Assembly: GCF_000306885.1 (NCBI RefSeq)
Contig: NC_018267.1
Location: 60,001 to 92,000, forward strand
Length of the DNA: 32,000 nucleotides
Source of the DNA: Wolbachia endosymbiont of Onchocerca ochengi
Lineage (GTDB): Bacteria > Pseudomonadota > Alphaproteobacteria > Rickettsiales > Anaplasmataceae
Direction of reading: 5' to 3'
The notes under the pieces were generated by a model, which saw only the letters and a program-made list of their open reading frames with translations, was not told where the DNA came from and did no database searches. Every line of letters starts with the position of its first letter. Position 1 is the first letter of the stretch. Made by a program: the position numbers and the translations under genes. Shown in pieces: positions 24,597-32,000 of the stretch.

Positions 24597-25343
24597 TTAT
24601 TTTTCTGTAGTGTCACACAAATAGTAACCTAAAACTGCTGAGCTTTCTTTCGCATACTGAATTATGCTTTTATTTAGAACAATTGCATCATGCATAGTTA
24701 AATCACAGAATATAAATGCAGTCAAATACAGCAAAATTACTGCATAAAACGTATGAAAAATCCCCTCAAACGTGATTGATATTGCATTGTTATAATTAAG
24801 TTGTATCGAACTTATTGGCCAAGGTTTTATCACTTCCACAACATTAAAAAATGCATAAGGTATCATAAAGAAAAAGAACAAGTGCACAAAATTATTAAAC
24901 CAAGACGAACATTGAAATATTTCTTTACATATACTTCCATACAATCTACTTACAGCATAATAAATTGACATTATTGCTGGCATCGAAAACGCAATAGTCA
25001 GTACCTGCCCTGACGCTATTTGTATCACTATATTCTCGCTACTATTTGCCGAAGGGTTTTGAATATGGAAAATAGATATCCCAACTAATTGTAGTACCGA
25101 TATGCATATCGCTAACTTCGCAAAAATAGCAGCTATAATTATACCTGAATATGGCATCTTATATAGTATGAAATTGATTCCGTATACGAGAACTAATATA
25201 ATATCGGTAATAAGTAATATTAAAAAAGAAGACCAATAGTTCTGCCAATTCGGTAAATACCCTACCCCTAAAAAAGAGCTTATTACTTTAGCAGGAAAAA
25301 CTATACCCAATACCTTTTTTAAGACTGCCCAAAAAACTTCCAT
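24597..25343 (-). CDS. polytopic membrane protein, divergent PgpA-family homologue
   Basis: 248 aa, strongly hydrophobic. FLGVGYLP near the N-terminus and VIKPWPIS near residue 170 correspond to the PgpA family blocks GFGSGLSP-PGT-GS and KPWPI. Other family positions are replaced (see findings). Confidence 0.55.
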   Translation of the reverse strand: MEVFWAVLKKVLGIVFPAKVISSFLGVGYLPNWQNYWSSFLILLITDIILVLVYGINFILYKMPYSGIIIAAIFAKLAICISVLQLVGISIFHIQNPSANSSENIVIQIASGQVLTIAFSMPAIMSIYYAVSRLYGSICKEIFQCSSWFNNFVHLFFFFMIPYAFFNVVEVIKPWPISSIQLNYNNAISITFEGIFHTFYAVILLYLTAFIFCDLTMHDAIVLNKSIIQYAKESSAVLGYYLCDTTEK

Positions 25344-25490
25344 ATCTTAAATGATACTTAGCTAATGGGTTATACTTTATTGCAACATACTTATCAATAG
25401 ATCAAAACCATATTAGAAGAACTTAAATAGGTATACTATGATAGAAAAACTTACATTAGAAACTTAACAATAGCATAATCAATAAACTTC

Positions 25491-28004
25491 TCAGGCCTTT
25501 AGCTCCTTAAATACTGCACTTGCTCTGTCCAGCACAGAATCAGGAAAACCAGCAAGTCTTGCTACATATATTCCATATGACTCATCTGCAATACCCTCAA
25601 CTACTTCATGTAAAAAGACGACTTTTCCGTTCCATTCTTTTACTTTTACACAGAAACATTTTATATTTTTTAAATATTTACCTACTTTAGTTAGTTCATG
25701 ATAATGAGTTGCAAAAATAGCGCGGCACTTATTTACATCATGAATATGTTCAATCACCGCCTGAGCGATAGATAATCCATCATATACTCCTGTACCTCTG
25801 CCAATTTCATCAAGTATCACTAAGGAACGTTCTGTTGCCTGATTGACTATAGTTGCTGTTTCAAGCATCTCTACCATAAAGGTGGAATAGCCAGCCGTTA
25901 CATTATCTGTCGCACCAACTCTGCTGAATATCTTGTCAACTACTCCAATGTGCGCACTATCTGCTGGTACAAATGAACCCATATGAGCTAGAATTGCAAT
26001 GAGAGCATTTTGCCTCAAGAAAGTACTTTTCCCAGCCATATTGGGACCAGTGATTAGATGCATACCAACTAAATTAATACTATTTGCAATAAATTTACCA
26101 TCAATTTCAACTACTGGATGTCTTCCATTATAGATGTTGAATTCTTTACTATCGTCAATAATGGGTTTTACGTAATTATTTTGTACTGCGATCTCTGCAA
26201 ATGAAGTCCTAACATCCAGTTTAGCTAAAGCATTTGCGGCAAGAGCAATCTTCTCAGATTCTTTAGCGATTTTACTGCATAGTTCACCAAAAATTTTTAT
26301 TTCCAAGTTAATTATAGCGTCACGCGCTGCAAAAATTTTATTTTCCAATTCCTTCAATTCACTAGTAGTATAGCGTATGCTATTCGCTAAACTCTGCCTA
26401 TGAATAAATATATTCGAAGTTAACTTATGACTCGTTGACACTTCGACATAATAACCAAGTATATTATTGTGCACTATTTTTAGTGAGGCAATACCAGTCA
26501 GATCGCAATAAGATTTACGAAGCTTAGTTATCAGTTTATTAACATTATTGAGCACATAGGATAACTCTGATAATTCTCGATTATACTGTGGATTAATAAA
26601 CCCACCTTCTTTTATCGAATTTAAGTCATTATCAAGCACAGCATCGTTTAGAAGCTCAAATAATTCTTTATGATTGCCAAGGCTTTTATGTATTGCACTC
26701 AGTTCATCTTCACCTGGTTTTACTGTCATTCTAGAGTTTGATGCTGAAATCTGTGTCTTAATCTCAGCGTTTGACACTGGGATAATATATCGTCGCAAGA
26801 GAAATTCATTCTTGCCGGATTCAATTTTACATAAGAACTCAGACAACTCTAACGTTTTTCCAAGACCCACTTTCAATAAATTAATATCTTTTGGTGAACC
26901 ACGCCCTATCACCAAACGCGACAACGACCTCTCAATATCTGGAATACTAGAAAGTATTTCTCGCACCTTTTTACGCAACTCGTGGTGATTTACAAAAAAC
27001 TCAACAGTGCTAAGCCTTAAATTAACCGCTTTAGAGCAAGCAAGTGGTGATGCGAGCATTTGTTTAAGCAAACGTCCACCAGAAGCTGTAACTGTGTGAT
27101 CAATAACTGAAATTAGTGAACCTTTTCTTTCACCAAACTGAGTTGAAAATAATTCAAGATTTCTCCTTGCTGAAGCATCGATGAGCATAAAACTTTGTTG
27201 CTTGTATGGTTTTGGCAGTTCAAGCCTTGGAATACAACCTTTTTGAGTTACTCTCACATATTCAAGCAGCACACCGCAGGCTATAACCTCCACTTTGCTA
27301 AAATTTCCTATGACCCCAAGTTCTCTAATCTTATAAAATTCGCACAACGTTCTATAGGATTTGTTATACTCAAAAAAACTCTGAGCATGTTGTGTAATTG
27401 ATATTTTATAGCTTTTTAAAATTGACCTGATTTTCTTATCTTCAATGAGCTTTTCAGAAATTAATAATTCCTTTGGTGATACACGTAGCAAGTCATTATC
27501 TAAAGCTTTCAAATTCGTTATAGTGTAAAAAAACTTTCCTGTTGATAATTCAAGCCAACCAATAGCATACTCTTCATTTTCTTCAACTATAGACGCAAGG
27601 TAACTATTGCTTTTATCTTCCAATAATGAATCTTCGATAATTGTACCTGGAGTGACAATTCTGACTACGTCACGTTTTACTATAGATTTATGGCCCCTTC
27701 TTTTTGCTTCATTAGCAGTCTCTAACTGATCACAGATTGCTACTTTAAACCCTAAATCTATTAGTTTATGCAGGTAAGATTCACTATTATGTGCCGGGAC
27801 TCCACACATTGGTATATTCTGTCCACACAAATTACCTCTTTTAGTAAGTACTATATTTAGTAGCTTTGCAGCTTTGATAGCATCATCAAAAAACAATTCA
27901 TAAAAATCTCCTAGCCTATAAAACAACAAATGATCTCTATATCGAGCCTTCAAGTTCAAATATTGTTCCATCACAGGAGTGTTTTTTTCTTTTATGAAAC
28001 TCAT
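25491..28004 (-). CDS. mutS: DNA mismatch repair protein MutS
   Basis: 837 aa. N-terminal mismatch-binding block ([14 protein letters not shown]...[16 protein letters not shown]), Walker [10 protein letters not shown], and DEIGRGT plus the HTH-containing C-terminus. Apparently intact. Confidence 0.95.
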   Translation of the reverse strand: MSFIKEKNTPVMEQYLNLKARYRDHLLFYRLGDFYELFFDDAIKAAKLLNIVLTKRGNLCGQNIPMCGVPAHNSESYLHKLIDLGFKVAICDQLETANEAKRRGHKSIVKRDVVRIVTPGTIIEDSLLEDKSNSYLASIVEENEEYAIGWLELSTGKFFYTITNLKALDNDLLRVSPKELLISEKLIEDKKIRSILKSYKISITQHAQSFFEYNKSYRTLCEFYKIRELGVIGNFSKVEVIACGVLLEYVRVTQKGCIPRLELPKPYKQQSFMLIDASARRNLELFSTQFGERKGSLISVIDHTVTASGGRLLKQMLASPLACSKAVNLRLSTVEFFVNHHELRKKVREILSSIPDIERSLSRLVIGRGSPKDINLLKVGLGKTLELSEFLCKIESGKNEFLLRRYIIPVSNAEIKTQISASNSRMTVKPGEDELSAIHKSLGNHKELFELLNDAVLDNDLNSIKEGGFINPQYNRELSELSYVLNNVNKLITKLRKSYCDLTGIASLKIVHNNILGYYVEVSTSHKLTSNIFIHRQSLANSIRYTTSELKELENKIFAARDAIINLEIKIFGELCSKIAKESEKIALAANALAKLDVRTSFAEIAVQNNYVKPIIDDSKEFNIYNGRHPVVEIDGKFIANSINLVGMHLITGPNMAGKSTFLRQNALIAILAHMGSFVPADSAHIGVVDKIFSRVGATDNVTAGYSTFMVEMLETATIVNQATERSLVILDEIGRGTGVYDGLSIAQAVIEHIHDVNKCRAIFATHYHELTKVGKYLKNIKCFCVKVKEWNGKVVFLHEVVEGIADESYGIYVARLAGFPDSVLDRASAVFKELKA

Positions 28005-29253
28005 AGTATTTTTTAATACGCTATATTAGCAATAACTTCAGATTTATCGTTATATATAAATAACATAGAACTTAGATAGAAACCTTTACACATACAAAAA
28101 TAAGCTTTTTAGAAATATATAACGGATTTCTTGTACCCTCCTTTTTTACAAACTACACTAAAATTATATGAAATTTAAACTCTTTGAAAAGCCTAAATTG
28201 CCATTTATTACTACATTAGGTTATGTTAACAACTAGGAAAAAATAGAAAGGCCTCTCTTATTATTATTTTTAACTTTTTTGAAAAATAATGTACGCTATG
28301 AAAGTAATACGCTAAGTTGAATAAGTTGATATTAAAGGATCACTTCCAGGAATAGTTGTTAGAGCATTCGATGATCATCAAATATTCATACACAATTCCT
28401 TGTTACCAAAATTAAAATGGGGCAACAATTTAATTAATAGTCCTTCCAAAACAGATCACATTTTTGGTATGTTCTTCTCTAAAAAAGAAGTAAATTGTTT
28501 TAATCCTCATCCTCTGATGCGGCCTTTTATAGCACGTGAAGAGCTTTTTAAAGCAAAACATCGAAAAACTTAAAGTTCTCTCTCTTAGTAAAATTTTGGC
28601 CCAAGGAGGAATGCTTAACATATAATTATATGTGTCAGCATTTAATTACGGCTAAAATATTTATAATCTCTCTCACTATTGTTTTAGTTAATTAAAAAAA
28701 ATCCACGAGAAAAACTTATGCAGTGTAAGAGACTCTTAAAATAACTCCAGAAAAATTTTGCTGAGTACAAAGTTAGATTAGGAACCTAAGGTTGTACATA
28801 ATCACAGCACAGTATATGCTACCAACACTAAACAAACTGATGAGTTCCAAAACTCCCTTAAAAAGTTTTTACATAAAAGAATATTACCACACTTATGCAC
28901 ACAGCCTTATGCTATTATTGATTTGAGATAATTTACATCCTCTCGAATGGCAACGACGTACAACGTCTACTTATAATATTACTCCTTATTATAAAGAAAG
29001 TTATTATTAACGCCATTATTATACCTAAGCGCATTCTTCTGATATCACAAAAAGCAAATACTATAAGCATCAGAAGTATACGTCATGATTAATTCCCTTA
29101 TTCCTTAATAATATAAAACCACAATCATCCAATGCATCATCAAAAGTATGATAAATTAATAACTTAATTATAGATTGACAAAGCTCTAAAATTAAAGAAG
29201 TTATAAACATCACAACAGGATATCTATCTGTAAATCCTTACTTTATACTATTA

Positions 29254-29949
29254 CTATAAAGAAAATAGTTGAAAACTTAGATATTTACACCAGCCCAAAG
29301 AGCAATCACAAACTTGAAGATTTAGATATTGCCTCCCAAACTTACTAGAGAAAGAGAAATCAAGTTCATTATGCAACCGACATTTTAAAATTGCAGGAAA
29401 GTTAACTAGAGAATTACAAGTATTTTGATACCTATACCTGATACGTGCTTCAGTGATCATAATATCCAGTTTTTGATCGTGTTTTTCTACTGGCAAACTT
29501 TTATAATATTGTTTTTCATAAGCTACACCTATAAATATTTTTCCAAATGGTCGCAATTCTTTTATCACAGCATCATACCAACCACCACCAAAACCCAGCC
29601 TATTAAGATACTCATCAAAAGCAATAACAGGAGTAATTATTATGTCAGGAACTATGTTGCTTCTGTCTATTTTATTCCACTCCTTAAATCTTGGTGGCTT
29701 ATTTCCATCAGGAATTGCTACTTTATAACCTAAATTAAGCAAACTATGCATCAAGGGCACAACATTTATTTCTTGATCAATTGGAATATAAGCCGCAATT
29801 GTTCTGCCTTTAACGTAACTTAAGTTTTGATCAAATAGATTAATAAGAAAATTTGCTACATAATTAGAATAACTCTTATCAGTGTTTTTTCTTATAGCCC
29901 TATATTGCTTCCTTACCTCCTTTTTCCGCTGTTTAATATCTTTGAGCAT
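29254..29949 (-). CDS. 5-formyltetrahydrofolate cyclo-ligase with an atypical ~50-aa C-terminal tail
   Basis: The first ~175 aa fit the MTHFS family (KKEVRKQYRAIRK N-terminal helix; RLGFGGGWYD; KHDQKLDIMITE near the normal C-terminus). The ORF continues a further ~50 codons into otherwise non-coding-looking sequence. Overlaps the upstream ORF by 17 nt. Confidence 0.78.
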   Translation of the reverse strand: MLKDIKQRKKEVRKQYRAIRKNTDKSYSNYVANFLINLFDQNLSYVKGRTIAAYIPIDQEINVVPLMHSLLNLGYKVAIPDGNKPPRFKEWNKIDRSNIVPDIIITPVIAFDEYLNRLGFGGGWYDAVIKELRPFGKIFIGVAYEKQYYKSLPVEKHDQKLDIMITEARIRYRYQNTCNSLVNFPAILKCRLHNELDFSFSSKFGRQYLNLQVCDCSLGWCKYLSFQLFSL

Positions 29950-30562
29950 AATCTATCCACTTTACAGTGAGCTTTTCTTGCAAACTGTTTTGCTTCAAAC
30001 GCTCACTTAAAAAATCAAAGTCAACAAAATCCATATTCTGGTCTTGATTAATGCAACTATAAACAAAACTCTCTTCTCCTGTTTCCAGGTTTATATGCCG
30101 TTGCACACATTGAGCGCAAATTCCTTTCATCATACACTGCATAGGAGAATTAATTGACGATACTGCCACGTGGTCAGATTTCAGATATGGCTTTAAAACT
30201 GTTTTCCTAGCTTCATTTACAGCTTTCATCATTTTATCAGAGCCGATAGTAATAATTTTATCTATAGCACCTAAATCAATCGTAGTATCACCTAATATTC
30301 CCTGTTGATAAGAGATTATCGCATTAACTATATTACCATGAAAAGATTTGTCTTGACTTCTGCTTGTTTCTATCCACCCCTCTTCACATGCCCAAACCAC
30401 CGTATTCGACGCATATTCTATCAGTGCTTGTTTAAATAGATCATTTAATTTTTTATAGCCAGCAAAGTACAGAACCTTATTATTATTTTTAAGGTATGCC
30501 TTTCCTATTGGGAATAACACTGCATTTCCGACCCCACCACCGATTAGCATTATGTTTTTCAT
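29933..30562 (-). CDS. PyrK/FNR-like NAD(P)-binding plus C-terminal Cys-cluster module, with no FAD-binding N-domain
   Basis: 209 aa. It starts exactly at a dinucleotide-fold motif (MLIGGGVGNAVLFPIGKA). The C-terminal SPMQCMMKGICAQCVQ...YSC Cys pattern resembles the Fe-S motif of DHOD electron-transfer subunit / SudB-type proteins. GAAGGA lies 5 nt before the ATG. Confidence 0.68.
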   Translation of the reverse strand: MKNIMLIGGGVGNAVLFPIGKAYLKNNNKVLYFAGYKKLNDLFKQALIEYASNTVVWACEEGWIETSRSQDKSFHGNIVNAIISYQQGILGDTTIDLGAIDKIITIGSDKMMKAVNEARKTVLKPYLKSDHVAVSSINSPMQCMMKGICAQCVQRHINLETGEESFVYSCINQDQNMDFVDFDFLSERLKQNSLQEKLTVKWIDYAQRY

Positions 30563-30592
30563 GTTTTTCCTTCTATTTTCCTACATGTGATA

Positions 30593-30680
30593 CGGAAAAG
30601 GGGGGATTCGAACCCCCGGACATATCTTTATATGTGCACGCTTTCCAAGCGTGTGCTTTAAACCACTCAGCCACCTTTCC
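30593..30680 (-). tRNA. tRNA-Ser (anticodon GGA), class II with long variable arm
   Basis: Reverse complement: GGAAAGG-TG-GCTGAGTGGTTTAAAGCA-CACGC-TTGGAAA-GCGTG-CACATATAAAGATATGTC-CGGGGGTTCGAATCCCCC-CTTTTCC-G. 7-bp acceptor stem (one G-U), anticodon loop TT-GGA-AA, variable stem-loop ACATAT/ATATGT, T-loop TTCGAAT. CCA is not encoded. Confidence 0.9.
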
Positions 30681-31529
30681 ACATACTATATAATATTAAA
30701 AGTAGTACCATTAAGCAAGTTCAGTTATAAAAACTAGGTATATAAGGTTCACAACAAAAATTTACAATATTGTTAAACTTACTTTCACGTATTGAAAACA
30801 TTTTATCGCAATTTACGAGTATTAAATATTATTCATCTCTGGCAAAATCTGCTATGGATGTACGGTGAATAATGCAATTACTTTATCCTTATACCTTTCC
30901 ATACAACTTCAAATTCTGTGTGTAGCACTGAATTAAAGAATTTAACCAACTTCAACAATAAGTCCCTCTGTTTAATACTACTTTGCCAGTTCCAAATACA
31001 AATTCATCTTTTTCTGGCCAAAATCCCTATTTATAACTTACAAGAAACACCTCAAACTTACAAAAAGTTGCACTTCTCTGATAAAATATCTTCTTCTTTC
31101 ATATTACCACTATTTAATATTCCCTTAGTTTCTAGGCTATCAGCCTTTAAATCTACATTCAGTATTATGCTACTAGTTATAAATCAACTTAAAGATTTAT
31201 AAAACATACTATTAATGCTCAAATTCTCATCATAATCAATGAATCTTATTATTTTTCTATTATAAGCATTGATCTTTCAGTAATAGCAATAGTAAACAAT
31301 TCCCTAGCTAAATGGGTTTTCAATGTAATTTGCATAGGTTCCTTCTATCTAATCATCTAATCGATTAAACTTGAAAAACGGACGGCAAATAAGATATTGC
31401 CATAGTAACAAAAAATTATAGAACACTACTTGCAAAAATAGTATATCAAATATTACATAGTTCAATAAGGACAAGATCCACGTGAAAATATACAGTATAA
31501 CACTGAATAACAATAAAAGTAAAAGAAAG

Positions 31530-32000
31530 TTAAATATCAATATCATGCACATTAAGTGCATTATTATTGATAAAATCACGGCGTGGTTCAACCATGTCAC
31601 CCATTAGCACTGAGAATATGTTATCTGCCTCTTCACAATTTTTTATTTCAACTTTTAGTAAAGTCCTAGTTTCCGGATTGAGCGTAGTTTCCCAAAGCTG
31701 ATCAGCATTCATCTCGCCAAGACCTTTAAATCTCTGCAGAGTTAAACCTTTTTTGCCGTAGTCCATCATCGTTTTTGCAAGTGCACTCGGAGATTTAACC
31801 TTTATTTCAGTTTCTTGTGATTTTAAAAATGAATCACCATTAAATAAGTCAATTATATCATCAAGATAACTGAGTATACTAAGTATTTCTTTACTTTCAA
31901 GTATGCTAAGTGGAAATACATACTTATCTGCTAATCCTTGAAATAATTTAGAGACATAAACTTCTTCACCTTTTACTTCTACTTCCCAAGTATATTTACT
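31530..32000 (-). CDS. gyrB: DNA gyrase subunit B, C-terminal part (5' end outside the window)
   Basis: The frame is open from the window edge to the stop at 31530. The C-terminus [30 protein letters not shown]...[24 protein letters not shown] is the canonical GyrB tail. The ORF track lists only the last 79 aa, from an internal Met. Confidence 0.92.
   Translation of the reverse strand, partial: SKYTWEVEVKGEEVYVSKLFQGLADKYVFPLSILESKEILSILSYLDDIIDLFNGDSFLKSQETEIKVKSPSALAKTMMDYGKKGLTLQRFKGLGEMNADQLWETTLNPETRTLLKVEIKNCEEADNIFSVLMGDMVEPRRDFINNNALNVHDIDI

Noticed and set aside
26674-27401. + strand ORFs 26674-26988 and 27195-27401 inside mutS
   Set aside because: They are antisense to an intact mutS, so they are shadow ORFs.
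28352-28440. VVRAFDDHQIFIH followed by LPKLKWGNN resembles the reverse-transcriptase Y.DD box and the group II maturase GW.NYY motif
   Set aside because: The motif is FDD, not YADD. The two patches are about 15 aa apart, whereas real group II RTs separate them by more than 100 aa. No intron RNA domains (e.g. domain V) were seen. This is too weak to call.
28430-28621. 63-aa minus-strand ORF in the mutS-upstream spacer
   Set aside because: It is antisense to the longer stop-free + frame (28325-28570) and has no motif.
29425-29733. 102-aa + strand ORF inside the MTHFS gene
   Set aside because: It is antisense to MTHFS, and its Ile/Phe/Tyr-rich translation is typical of AT-rich noise.
30496-30693. 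65-aa + strand ORF
   Set aside because: It overlaps the PyrK-like gene start in antisense and runs through the tRNA-Ser gene. It is explained by those features.
30918-31600. ORFs 30918-31202 (+) and 31349-31600 (-)
   Set aside because: Their translations are low-complexity Leu/Ile/Phe. The second overlaps the gyrB 3' end out of frame. They are chance ORFs in AT-rich DNA.

Overview
AT-rich (by eye about two-thirds A+T) chromosomal segment with the look of a reduced Rickettsiales genome. My best guess is a Wolbachia-like Anaplasmataceae endosymbiont, based on a 23S-5S rRNA pair with no 16S nearby, ankyrin-repeat gene debris, and scattered housekeeping genes. That assignment is pattern recognition only, not a database result. 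Supported genes: an ExoD-like fragment, cysS, a YqaA-like membrane protein, pgk, a TrxR-type ferredoxin-NADP reductase, a transaldolase/F6P-aldolase, atpC, atpD, pstC, rpmH, rnpA, 5S and 23S rRNA, a TPR-methyltransferase, nrdA, ruvX, uvrC, glyS, glyQ, a PgpA-like membrane protein, mutS, 5-formyl-THF cyclo-ligase, a PyrK-like NAD/Fe-S module, tRNA-Ser(GGA) and the gyrB 3' end. About a fifth of the window lies in four long tracts with almost no ORFs: 2012-4349, 6606-8305, 28005-29253 and 30694-31529. I found no CRISPR array, no intact mobile element, no toxin, defence or secretion cluster, and no multi-gene accessory system I can defend. The window's real signal is ongoing gene erosion. Essential glyS carries one in-frame TAA. 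uvrC has lost its C-terminal (HhH)2 domain to stop codons. An ankyrin-repeat gene is shattered. A PyrK-like module sits orphaned against a tRNA. A folate enzyme has a long read-through tail. A PgpA-family protein has degenerate family motifs.
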